DNA of 64,000 nt from Malacoraja senta. Lineage: Eukaryota. The stretch lies in the NCBI GenBank assembly GCA_038087875.1, contig JAXLNO010000548.1, forward strand, positions 126,001-190,000, given 5' to 3'. Each line of letters opens with the position of its first letter. The first letter of the stretch is position 1. Positions 24,669 through 37,825 of the stretch are shown in pieces. The notes beneath the pieces are model-generated. The model searched no databases and was not told the origin of the DNA. It saw only the letters and a program-made list of their open reading frames with translations. Position numbers and translations under genes: made by a program.

Positions 24669-25469
24669 TAAGACAGTAGTTATTTACCCTTATTCTTTAT
24701 GACAACTATGCTACTAATTTGCCATAATAAATGCAGCTATCATTACTTCTTGGATAGCACTACATTTAAAAACTGGGAAATAATGGGCATAACTGAGTGC
24801 ACCGGAAAATGATAGTATGGCCATTTAAATGGTAGTAAAATAGGGAAATCAGGAGAGCCTGGATTTTACAACAGAGCAACCTATTGTTTTTGAGAAAAAG
24901 CTCAACATCAAATAGAGATGAAAAGGGGTACAGTGAACTTAGAGATATAGAGTTATTTCCAGCAGCTTAATTAAAAGTTTCTTTTTTTTTAAACTTTTCC
25001 CTCTTAACGTTTTGTTGAAACATATTAGCTATCTGATATAGCTTAAAATGATATATAAATGTTAACCAGAGAATATGACATTTGATACAACATGGGACTG
25101 CTGAGATGATTAATACATTGCATTAAAAGAGAATCTAGACAAACAAGATGATCTTGATAAGCTATGTTGGCAAGAGATCACGAGGAGCACAGGGATGATT
25201 GCAGCAAAGGACCTACTCCTGTGGTCATTCCTCAATTATGCATCCACAAGAACAATCATCAATTACAGTTTGCTGCACAAAGAGAACTGAGGCAAGAATA
25301 TGTGGATTTTTAATCATGTCTGACCAACTGTGGTATAAAATAGCTGTGCTTCATAACTAGCTGTGCTTCAAGTAAGTCTCTTTCAATGAGCTGGAAAATT
25401 ACTACCCTATGGAAAATGTGGAAAACTGGTCAGACATACCCTGTTCACAGAAAAGCCACTTACACTACC

Positions 25470-25845
25470 ACCCAATCATGTGATGCAAACTCCATCTTCA
25501 AGTTCATTGTTGTTGCCCGAATTGCAGATGGTGATGAGTCAGAGTATAGAAGGGAGATTGACCGACTGACCATATGGTGCCAGCACAGCAACCTTGCCCT
25601 CAATGTCAGTCAGAGCGAGGAACTGATTGTGGTCTTTGGAAAAGGAAGGATGAGAACCCACAAACTGTCTTATACAAATGGGATGATGGTGGAGAGAGTC
25701 AAACGCTTCAAATTCCTGAGCGTGCATATCTCTGAAGATCTTTCCTGGACCCAGCACACTGATGCGATTATAAAGAAACCCCATTAATGCCTCTACTTCC
25801 TGAAAAGATTGTGGAGATTTGGTATGTCAGAGACGACTCTCTTGA
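25470..25845 (+). mobile_element. Old Rex1/Babar-like RT fragment
   Basis: ANSIFKF..DESEYRREID..LALNVS..VKRFKFLSVHISEDLSW. Confidence 0.75.
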
Positions 25846-28800
25846 AATGAGAGAAATCAATATTCATACCGCATGCTTGTAAGCTGCCCAAGCGAAATAT
25901 GAGGTGCTGTTCCTCCAATTTGCGTGTGGCCTCACTATGACGGATGGAATATTTTACACTTGCCTGGAGGAGTGAGGCAGTAACAAAATTCAAGTAGATC
26001 AACACCAACAAAGACAAAGCAAGCCACCTCATTGCCATCGCATTATCCACAGTAAATATGCATTCATTCCCTCCACCTCCAAGCACAGTGGCTGCAGTGT
26101 GCACCATCTGAAACTATGCACCAGTTACTTGCCCAGGTTACTCTGGAAACATCTTCCAAACCCGTAATCTCTACCAACAAGATGGACAAGGGGAGCAAGT
26201 CCATGGCTACAATACTACCTGAAGGTTCTGTTCCAAGTAATGTACTATGTTCATCTGAAAATATATAGCTTGTTCTTCATCAGAAGGTTGATCATCACTG
26301 TTCTTCATCAGTGGTTCAAGAAGGTGGTTTACACCATCTTCCCAAAGTAAATTATGGGTGAAGAATTGATACTGACATTGCTGGCAATACCCAGATCCAA
26401 AAATGAAAAATGAAGAAACAAAGTTCAAGACAAAATGACTGGATAGAGAGAGGAAACATCCAAGGCAGGGATTCTATTTTTATATAATGTTCATTATACA
26501 GAAGTAACTTCAATAGTTTGTTGGACTAAACTGAATTAATAAATAATCATAAAATTGAATACAATTGGTGAAAAGTAGAGCAAAATAAGATTAGTTTCAG
26601 TTTGCTCAGGAAAGATATAGGGAAAATTCACAGTTACTAATGACTGTACTACAAATCAATATTAAATATATTGGGGAAGAATACAACTTAAATTTATTCT
26701 AATGCAAGAATAAAAAGCAGAAAAAGTAACACATACCAGCATTTTAATTCCTTTTCTATGCATTTGTACTCCTTGCATGACAGAGGTGATTACCAATGCA
26801 TTTATTATCAGGCTCTTTTGGAATTGAAAACAACTGCAGGAGATCACAGTGTTGAATAATTCGTTTTTTAGTTTGGGGCTACAAAGTCTCTGGCTCTCCC
26901 TGTTTCAAATGATGAGGTCCAATGATCCTGATTGCTTTGTGCATTTCACCAGCGTGTGCCACTGATTACATACGCTGCTGCTGAGGGAACTGGATATATG
27001 GGAGATGGAATGCAAAAGGAAAAACTAGATGTATTTGTACACTTGCTACCTTCAGCCATTAAAGCTAAGAGCCAGTACTTTTTATAAAGACAACAAAAGT
27101 CATGCAAAGACTTTAGGATAACTTAGATTTTCTTGTTTTGCATGGAAAGATTATACATAGTTTGTGTAGGAAGGAACTGCAGATGCCGGTTTACATCGGA
27201 GATAGACACAAAATACTGGAGTAACTCAGGCAGCATCTCTGGATAGAAGGAATGGGTGACGTTTTGGGTTGAGACCCTTCTTCAGACCCAGACTCATAGG
27301 TTGTACATTGTTTGGAAGAGTCACAGTCTGAATATTAACCAATGTTTCCCTTTCAGATGTTCACCAAGCTGCTCCTATATGCAGCACCTTTGCCGATTGC
27401 TACAATACTCACCAGTACATACCAGAAAATCAGACTGCAACACCTGAACTGTGTACCTGTATAATTTAGTGTGGAAATCCAGAAGTTGTTCTTGTATTTC
27501 CTGCTCCAAGTGGTGGGCTGTTTTGCAATGTTCTCCAATTAAATCAGTGAACTTGTAAGAACAGGGCAACATAGTGGCACAGCAGCAGAGTTGCTGCCTT
27601 GCAGTGCCAGAGACCTGGATTCAATCCTGACTATGGGCGCAATCTGTACGGAGTTTGTACGTTCTCCCTGTGACCGCGTGGGTTTTCTCTGGGTGCTCCA
27701 GTTTCTCCCTGCACTCCGAGGACATGTGGGTTTGTAAGTTAATTGGCTTTGGTAAGTTGTAAAATTGGCTCTGGTGTATGTAGGTGTGTAGGTTAGTGTG
27801 CAGGGTGATCGTTGGTCAGCAATGGCGTGGTGGGCCAAAGGGCCATTTTCCGCACTGTACCTCTAGATTCCAAATTTTAAGAAAGAATGAATTCATATTG
27901 TATAACTACCTTCCACTGTCTAAGGACATTTTAAAGCATTTCACAGATAATAAAGTACTCCAAATTAGCATAACTGGTGCACAAGAGAGGAATAAAGGCT
28001 TCCCAATCCTCTGGCTTCCCAGTAATCTTTGTAATGTTATATGCCTTTTCATTTATGCTGTATTTGACTTCTCTTGTCAGTCACATGCACCTCATTCTCC
28101 CTTTAGAATCTTTCTTCCTCTTTGGAATGAACAAATACTGTGACTTTTGAATTATTCCCAGAAATTCCTGCCATTACTCTTCCACCGTTGTTCTTCCTAG
28201 GGTCCCTTTCCAATCAACTTTAGCCAGCTCCTCCTTCATGCCTCTGTAGTCACCTTTGCTCAGCTGTAAAACCGACACATCCAATGTCATCTTCTCCCTA
28301 TCAAATTCCAGGTTGAATTTTTATCAAATTATGGTCACTGCCTCCTATACAGGTACACACACGCATTTAAGGAAGGCAAGTGAATTTGAGTCCGTCTGAA
28401 TAAGGGGCCAGACCCAAAACAACACCTGTCCATTTCCTCCACAGATGTTGTCTGACCCGTTGAGTTCCTCCAGCACTTTGTGTTTTACTCAAGATGACAA
28501 CCTGCAGTTTCTTGTGTCTCCAAGAGGATTCAAGTACTGTAGTTGAGAAGTCTGCCTCAAGTTAGACACGGTCCTGCTGAGAACACACTTAGAATATTGG
28601 TGTACAGGCCTGGTCTCTCCATTTAAGGAAGGGTATGTTTGAAATGCAATGAGGACTGATCATATTAATTACTGGCATGGGAGGGTTGCTCTGCAAGATG
28701 AAATAAAGCATACTGGTCCTATGCCCACGAGGGCTCAGAAGAATGAGAAGTAAATGTACAACATTTTCACGTGGATTGATAAGGTAAATGCGGAGATATA

Positions 28801-29498
28801 TTTCCATAGCTCGAGGTCATTCTAAAATGAAATTGTCCATTCAGGATTGAGAAGAAATGTCTTCAGAGGACGGTGAATTTTTAGAAATCTCTGTCTAAAA
28901 GGCTTGTGAATGATTCAACACAGAATGCAATCCAGAAATACATCAAGACATTTTTTGGATGTTAACAAATCAAGGGGTGTGGGGTTGTTGCAGAAAAATG
29001 GCTGAGGTAAAAGATCAGCCATGATCTGAGTGAATGGCAGTCAGGCACTTATGATAGAATGGCGGGTTCATGCTAATACCTTATACAATAATGAATGAAG
29101 GAGTTGATATTGTGCTCAATTTAATATTTTAATGTAAACAATATGTTGCCAATTTCAAACTCCATCTGACTCACTGGTTCACCAACAACTGGCAGAAATT
29201 GTGAATACTGTAACAATGTCTTCATTTCATTAAAAATATGAAGAATGAATGCAAGCAAGATTTCTATTGTATCCATACTTGTACATAAGACAATAAAGTT
29301 GAATGGATAGGAGGAAGATGTTGTCATGAACAATCTGCGATGATGCATGTGATAAAACAGAGAAACTGGTCCAATTATAATCAGTGTTTGTTGTAAAAAA
29401 AACACATTTTTAAAGACTATAATAACTTATGGAAGAGCTACCACACAGTACCTCTTTATAGTGCAGCATTAAATCCCAAATTAGTGAATTTTCTGGAG

Positions 29499-29710
29499 AT
29501 ACACACAAAAAGCTGGAGTAACTCAGCGGGTCAGACAGCATCTCTGGAGTAAAGGAAAAGGTGGCGTTTCGGGTTGAGACCCTTCTTCAGTCTTGACCCA
29601 AAGCATCATCTATTCCTTTTCTCCCGAGATGCTGTCTGAACTGCTGAGTTACTCCAACTTTTTGTGTCTATCTTCGGTTTAAACCAGCATCTGTAGTTCC
29701 TTCCTACACA
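29499..29710. mobile_element. Palindromic Penelope-terminus-derived insertion with 17-bp TSD
   Basis: TAGTGAATTTTCTGGAG at 29482-29498 and 29711-29727; inverted arms acacaaaaagctggagtaactcagc.. / ..gctgagttactccaactttttgtgt. Confidence 0.85.
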
Positions 29711-30749
29711 TAGTGAATTTTCTGGAGGACCTTAGAAATAATAATAAAGACTCAAACAGCAGCAGCCCTTCACAAACTGGAAATTCTGCCGGACAAGATC
29801 AAACTAACCTACTTATGTAGAGATCACACAGAAAATTAGATAACTCTCTCAGTCCTCCATTTTATACTTAACTTATGGAAACACGGAACCTCCCTTTCCC
29901 TCTTGGACCCTCAGGCACAAGAACTATTGGAAGTCACTGTGATAGTCAGGTGAGGAAGATGGAAAAAAAATGCTATTCTTTTACATAGCCAAATATCAAA
30001 CCTCAAACTCCAACGCCACACCAGGAAGAAACTAAAACAATCTCCACAAAAAAAACCCAGGGGGGCATTTCACTGAGCATGAATTATTTACCATTAAGTT
30101 TGAAAATAAAAGTGAGGGCAGATAAATTAAAATGGGAGGCACTCTCAAGATGACAGGCTCATCATTATTTCTACTGTCAAAAACATGGTCATTAGTTCCA
30201 ATTTCACTCTTAAACAAAGATCCCTGGATCAGAAATAAATAACAGATAATTTTGGAAGTTGGTGGTTGGTTGCCAATTAAATATGTGCAATCTGCTCATC
30301 TTACCAGCAAAAATAAACAACAACAAAAGCAAGGAATTTAGTCACGATATATAATATTTTCATATTTCATGGGGTTGAAGAAGATTTGGTATTTTAATAC
30401 ATGAAGTTAGCCATCATGCCAACTCATATCTCTTTTCCTGATGTGGACTGCTTGACATTAACACACTTGCAGATCAAGGAAGTGTTAGTGTGAACAGTCA
30501 CTGTGAACATGCCCTGTGCTATTTGCAGTACCATTTGGGAATTGCCACTTGTGTAAGACAAATCCGATACATGAGGACAACAGTCCCGGCTGGTGCATTA
30601 TTCTTTTTGATCTTTCAATACCAGGCCATTTCCTAAAGATTTGGTCTCCATTTATCGACTTATTACAAATATAGGGTGCAACAAATTGTTGATAATAAAT
30701 GGTTTCAGGACCTGGTGAGGGGTGAGTAAAGATATGAATTAGGTACATC

Positions 30750-31346
30750 CCTTTTATATTGTCTTATCTTATTTTACTTTTTTTTCTTGTTCCTTCTTTT
30801 GTTTTTTTAACTCTTTCTTGTGGTTTAGGCCCCTATGGGTTTCCCTGGACCACTCTTTCACTCACTCACTTACTATCTCTGCTAACTCTTTCTATCCTTT
30901 TTAAAGTTTAAAATAAGAAGTGGTACAAGAAATGTATAATTTTATGTTTGTTTGAGATCACTGCACTGTACAATACTTCCAATAAAAATTTAAAAAGAAA
31001 TATAAGATTGTTAAGGGCTTGGGCACGCTAGAGGCAGGAAACATGTTCCCGATGTTGGGGGAGTCCAGAACCAGGGGCCACAGTTTAAGAATAAGGAGGA
31101 AGCCATTTAGAACGGAGACGAGGAAACACTTTTTCTCACAGAGAGTGGTGAGTCTGTGGAATTCTCTGCCTCAGAGGGCGGTGGAAGCCGGTTCTCTGGA
31201 TGCTTTCAAGAGAGAGCTAGATAGGGCTCTTAAAAATAGCAGAGTCAGGGGATATGGGGAGAAGGCAGGAACGGGTTACTGATTGGGGATGATCAGCCAT
31301 GATCACATTGAATGGCGGTGCTGGTTCAAAGGGTCAAATGGCCTGC
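30750..31346 (+). mobile_element. L1-like 3' UTR/poly-A (to about 30997) followed by a CR1 3' end
   Basis: tacttccaataaaaatttaaaaa resembles the other L1 tails; ORF 31019-31282 is the CR1 ORF2 C-terminus. Confidence 0.75.
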
Positions 31347-33308
31347 TCCTGCATCTATTTCTATTGTGAAGCTTGATAGGTGGGACATTTAGACAGGCAC
31401 ACAGATAGGAAAGATTTAGAGGTATTTGGACCAAACCCAGCCAAATAGGACCAGATCAAATAGACAACTTGGTCGGCATGAATGAGTAGAACTAAAGAGC
31501 TTGTTTCACGCTATATCTCTATGACCTTATTTTGTAAATTTTCAACATCTGTCTGATCAAGTTCAACATCTTGAGATGATTATGGAAGTGTCTGCATGTG
31601 GATGGCCCCAGAGATTTTGTCACAAAAGTAATAGGATTACCAACCCATATCACCAAACTAAGAGAAAGATAAAGCATGTACATCCATTTATAGTGAATAC
31701 ATGTTAAATGGTATTCTCCAAGGAAATGGACCAGCTTTTCATTGTGAATGCCAATATTTTGTATTAAACTTTCATAACTACACGTCTCAGAATGAAAACA
31801 TATGTTTGATAAAATTAGAGAATCCGTTATCACCATTCCGACAGTATATTCCAGACCTTCACAGCTCTTCCCTAAATGTAATTATCCCCTATATTACATT
31901 GATTTGTTTTGCTTGTATCAGTACCATGTGATTTTAATCCTCCTGCAGTAAGCAACAGATTTTCCTTACTTGCTCTACAAATCATCTGGATTTTGAACAC
32001 CTGTTAAATCTCATGCAAACTTTCTTCTTAGTAAAATAAAGTAATCCCAGTTTCTCTGGTTTCCCTCTCATCACATTGGCCCCCATTCCCATTAATGATA
32101 TTTGAATATTTTCCAACATCTTGAACTTCCCTAAAATGTCATACCCAGAATTGGCAATAATACTCTTTCAGATACTACCAATTTTGAATAAAGCTCTGGC
32201 ACATCTTTTGTAACTGATGCAATTTATAACATATTTTATAAAATCAAAGATCAGTTTGTATTGACAGCCTCCTCATATTTCTCCCAGAAAACTTGTACAC
32301 AACCCAAACTCCCAATGTCTTTGCTCCTGTACCTTCCTGAAAATGGTGTCATCTAGCCTTTGCCTCTTCTCAATTTTTATAACGGGTTATTTTCCCCACA
32401 GCTCTCTTGGTTAAATATCATCATTCTATTCATTTTACAGTCTATTTCCTACCAGAAGCTATTGCTAATATCACTATTTACAATCAAAAATACAGTTTTT
32501 GTATTTAAAAAATACCACACTGTGGGTGGCACAGTTGGTAGAGCTGCTGCCTCAATGCCAAAACCCCAGGTTTGATCTTGTGGTGTCTGTGTGGAGTTTG
32601 CACATTCTCACTGTGATCACATGGCTTCGCTGGGTGCACCAGTTTCTTCCCACATCCCAAAGATCTGTTCATTTGTAGCTTAATTGCATCTGTAAATAAG
32701 ATAACAGAACTAGTGTGAACAATGGTTGGTGACAAAGGGCCTTTTTCCATGCTTTATCTCTAAACTAAACAATTCTGTGAAAAAACTCAAATGAAATTTA
32801 AATTCATCAACCAAAGACTAAATATCCCTGATAACATCTTTTTTGGTACCATCAAGCAACGAAGACTAGAGATGCAAGGAACTGCAGATGCCGGTTTACC
32901 AAACGAAAAACAAGAGTGCTGGACTAACTCAGCAGTTCTGAAGAAAGGCTCTGATCCAAAGCATCACCTATCCATGTCCTCCAGAGATGCTGCCTGACCT
33001 GCTGAGTTTCTCCAGTACTGTGTGGGTTTTTTTAAACAACGATTAATTAACAAACCAGTCCAATACTCCCATTCACATGGTGTAAAAAGTTAATCCATTA
33101 TACCTGCATCACTCCCAAATTATTCTGTATTCAGACTAGAGGGGATACTCTACTCAACTGAAAGATAGACAATGATAACGACAATAAAAACAACAATAAT
33201 ATTCCTTTCATCCATTTTCAATCAGAAGTACCCCCCCCACCCCATGTTCAACTAAAATAAATGAACGTAAATATCGAATCGACACATTTAAGCAATGGCA
33301 AAATTCAA

Positions 33309-36300
33309 TTTTACTTCGGAGTCCCGTGAGTGACTACGTGAAGAAGAGCCCGTCCAGCCGCACACGCCTCATATCATCAGACGCAAAGCGAAGTGCCGAT
33401 GTTTGGAGCGAGCAGAGCTCCTCCAAACCGGTAAGTAAAAAGCAAACCAAAAGTAAAAAACCTGAAGGTAAGTTTTTACTTACGGTTTTCAGGCGATTTA
33501 AAAGACTTGTAGTAATAAAATACGTCATAATAAAGGAAATTGTGGAGGTATACCGCAGAGTGCTCAGACAGACAGACCGCGGGGCTGTGAGTAGTGGGCG
33601 CAAATCTATTTTTTTAAATTTTTAAACGGCTGCCGTTTAGCGCTATTAGATCGCATAGATAAGAGGTTGCGGTTAAAGAAGTCAGACCGGAGATCCCCGT
33701 TTCAGGTAACTAGTTGGTTATATTTAAAACCTAGTTACAAGGCAATGCAGGGAATGCCTGAGTCAGGTAACTGGTTTATTATATTTTTAAAAACCTAGTT
33801 GCAGGGCAATGCAGGGAATGTCCAGGTTAACTATTTGGTCTAGATTAGAGCCAGCATATGAAGTGCCTAGGGAAGGTCCAGGCTTTGTGTTGGGCTAGAG
33901 AAGGCCAGTGTATGAAGTGCCTGGGGAAGGTCTGTTTTAACATGGTCCCTACAGGGCCAGTGCAGGGGTACCTGGTGGAGGTCCAGGTTTAGCGTTGGCC
34001 CAGAGTAGAGCCAGCGCGTGGAGTGCTTTATAAGGTCCGGCTCAATGTTGGCCTAAAGGGAGAGCCAGCATAGGAAATATTTGGGGGAAAAAAATAATCC
34101 GGTTCAGCGCTGGCCTACAGGTGAGCCAGTGTGAGCACATGGTTGGTTAATGTACGTTGGTCTACAGGACAGCCAGCGCCAACTATATCTGGGAGTTAGC
34201 GTTGGCCTACAGGTGAGCCAGCGCCAGCAGCACCTGAAAGAGGGCTGCCTATGATGGGCCTACAGGAGAGCCCGCATGGAGAGCAATTGGAAGGGTTGTT
34301 ATGCGTAGGCCTATGGGAGAGAGCCAGCGCTAGAGATACCTGAAGTAGGATGTAAATTCGGCCCTCCATGAGGAGGTTTAGTTTATACAAAGATTCAAGT
34401 AAACAGATTATATGAGGCCTAGAACCCAATACAGAGCCAAAGGACCAGAGTTGGCACAATATATTAAAGTTGTGGTTCCAAAAAGATGAGGGACCCATTG
34501 GGAGATAAATAAACTATGTCAATAAAATACTTACTCTCCCAGCAGCTCCAGGTTCTAACCAGGTATGAGCTGTCGACATAAATAAACCCGCAGTATTGAG
34601 CATGATATGCAAGTCTCAGCGGGGGAGAGGGTATTGAAATTACTGGTCAGGCGTTAAGACTTTTTTGACCAAAGGTGGATGGAGAGCATGTGTTGATATC
34701 ACAACAAGGTTGAATTAGCACTCATATAGTAGTGCGCACTTTCAAATAATTGTTTTATAAAAATGCTATAAAACCTAATATATACCCTAAGTTAGGGGGG
34801 GGTTCTGTACACCATCTAATATTTAAATTGTCTATTAATCTGTTTTTAGAAAGATCTAGCCACAAAAAAAAAAGTATGATCCTGTGTGATTAACAGATAA
34901 AATTAAGGCAGTTTTCCCTACCAATATGTGGTGACTGGGGATGCAAAGTATCAATTCTGTCGTTCCCATATGTGCATTACAGGCGCACTCCTGAGTTATG
35001 TGGAAGTTATAATATTCCACTAAGATCAGGGGATAACGATTGCTATGAGCAAACCCTGAGGAGGTCTGGTTCTGTAAGAAACATATTAAATGTTTTACAC
35101 TTACAAGTTGGGGAAGATTACATTGCTTACTATAAAATGGCAAACTGATATTATACTGTACAGTATTGTGGGGTTTAGAATGTAGTTCTACCCATATTTG
35201 GTTTCTCTTACTAAGGTATTTGAAACCAGACACATATTTTCTCAAAATAAGAGAATATGTAAATTCAGACAAAACATGAAATATTGTGGGAAAGAGATGA
35301 TTAAGAGGTCAGTTCACCATTACCATCAATTAATGCCAAATATGTTATGAGAGCAAATAAGGATGGTGGGTGTAGATTTATTCTAGATCTGACAATTTTT
35401 TACTCTATTTTGTACAGTATAACAGTGGATAACATTTGTTAATGTCATGCAGCCAATTTCACAAATAAGCATTTTACTATGTGACTGTGTATGGTATAAT
35501 AGATTTTATTTTATCTGGATAAGCCAATGATGGCAATTTAAAGCATTGTATTATGTTTAGTCTCAGCCTTGACACTATTTGACAGGTAGTTGGATTTAAG
35601 ATTAGCTTTACTAAGGACTCAGGTCCATTTGGTAATGGTCTTTTGCCATATTCTGATTGTAGGAAACATTCGGACTACAACAGAACCATGAGTGTTAGAA
35701 TAAAGCTAATTTTAGACATTTGTTAACTATCGAGATAAATCTAAAACAGTTTCCAAACAGTTATTGATTATTTGGGAAATGAGATCACATGATCTTGATT
35801 CGATTGCAGATTAAGGCTGTATTTAAGTGGAAGTTGTACGTAACTCATTATAGAGCATCAACCATTGTATAAAGGTCAATATAGAGCACTAATCCTTAAT
35901 TAGGCATTTAATTGGAAGTGGTATTAAGCTCTACCAAGCTTCAATTAGACAGGAAACAAGCCTATGTTACAAATTTTGCTTATTTTCAGCGGTAGAATTT
36001 TGATTGCGGCATTATCAAAGTTTATAGTAAGCATGGATAATACAATTTATGGTAAGTTTGCCAGGCCATGTATTTGCCAGTTACAGTTATTACTGGAATA
36101 TTAATGAATCAGGAGTCTCAAATGCTTCCAGAGAGATTCTGGCTAAACACCTTCCATTATGCTACACACTAATGGTAGTGCTCTAAGTTGAGGTCATACT
36201 TATAAGTATTTTCAGCTGTGGAGGTACATGGAGTACCTTTTGATCAAATAACAAGGGATCATTATGCAAGTTTTAGGAACATTTATGACCTAAAGCTTAT

Positions 36301-36585
36301 TTGCTCTTATATGCAAAGTTGCATGTTTGGACATAGTTTGAGACTACGGAATAGAACGTATGTCAATCATTTGAGTGGTTTAAGTCAGTATCTTTTAATA
36401 GACTGGCTAATGTGATCTGGATCTGGTATTTACCAGAAATATTTGATTGGCAATCAACCTATGAGGTAGATTCAATATAGTTGAAGACTCAAAAGTCATG
36501 TAAATCAATGATAATATAGAATGTATGTTGAATCGTGAGAAATTTAACAATATTATAGCACGATTGATGACTTATTTGTATACAT
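33309..36585 (+). mobile_element. Highly decayed DIRS1-type retrotransposon (left ITR, gag-region repeats, RT, RNase H); 3' part missing
   Basis: Start ttttacttcggagtcccgtgagtgactacgtgaag is complementary to the ICR at 8594-8628. DGGCRFILDLT at about 35362; ALLRTQVHLVMVF..ILIVG at about 35605-35665; TYVNHLSG (RNase H-like) at about 36355. Confidence 0.75.
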
Positions 36586-37664
36586 AATTTTTTTTATTTT
36601 TTTTATTAGAAGTACAATTGTATACAATCATATTTTCATAATACATTTTATGTACAGCTTCTTTGGAGAGCTTGTTGATGGATCTTTGAAGGTAGTGGGA
36701 CAGTCATCTTGGAACTGTGAAAAACGTTAGCTGAGCCATACCTGTAACATTGTGTGGATTCTGGTTGCCTCCCTACAGGATTGATGGGAGTTCACTAGAG
36801 AGGCACAAGAAAGGTTTACGACAGTGGCAGGACTGCAGAAGAAAGGTTGCAAGGAGAGAGTCGTCAGGAACTGCAGCAGGTAGATTGTTTGAGTGGTTAT
36901 AATATTATAGAAAAAAAGACAAAATACTGGAGTAACTCAGCGGGACAGGCAGCATCTCTGGAGAGAAAGAATGGATCATGTTTTGGATTGAGACCCTTCT
37001 TCAGATGTCTCAACCCGAAATGTCATCCATCCCCCCCTCCCCCAGAGATGCTGCCTGTCTCGCTGATGTCTATCTGTGGTGTAATCTGTGGCAGTTCCTT
37101 CCTACACATAAGGTTATGATATTCTGACTGGTTCAATCAGAGTAAACAAGGTAACCATCTTTCCTACACAAAGTTGGAAATGTCATTCAATTAGCACAAG
37201 GGTTTGATGCAATTAGTACAGTGGGCCAAGGGTTCACTGCCTGAATGGTTGTTGGAAGCAGAACTCACATTTACTGGGCACCTGGACCAGCAGTAGAAGA
37301 GGCTGTGAGCGAGATTCGCCTGGCCTCCCAGCACGTAAAACAGAAGGTGGGAACTAGAGGTCAATTGACAGGTACATGGATAGGACAGGTTTGGAGGGAT
37401 ATGGACCAAACGCAGGCAGGTGGGACCAGTGTAGCTGGGACATGTTGGTGGGTGTGGGCAAGTTGGGCCGAAGGGTCTGTTTCCACACTGTATCACTCTA
37501 TGATTCTAATTCATCCAGCACTCAGAGTTCACAAGAGGAAATAACTAATCATTTGGTAAGCTGCATCTAATCAAATGTAGCCGACATGGTTTAATGAAAA
37601 TCATGTGTGACAAAACTTGACAGGATGTGATAGGGAGTTGATAAGGGAAACCTGTAAATGTAGT

Positions 37665-37825
37665 TGGAAGGAACTGCAAATGCTGGTTTAAACCAAAGAT
37701 AGACACAATAAGCTGGAGTAACTTAGCGGCTCAGATAGCATCTCTGGGGAAAAGGAATTTTCTATTTGTTTTCTCCAGAGATGCTGTCTGACCCGCTGAG
37801 TTACTCCAGCTTTTTGTGTCTATCT
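37665..37825. mobile_element. Palindromic Penelope-terminus-derived insertion with 14-bp TSD
   Basis: CCTGTAAATGTAGT at 37651-37664 and 37826-37839; inverted arms. Confidence 0.85.

Noticed and set aside
37236..37296. Coding exon LPEWLLEAELTF
   Set aside because: Better explained as an old CR1 3'-end remnant (cactgcctgaa..tggaagcaga).
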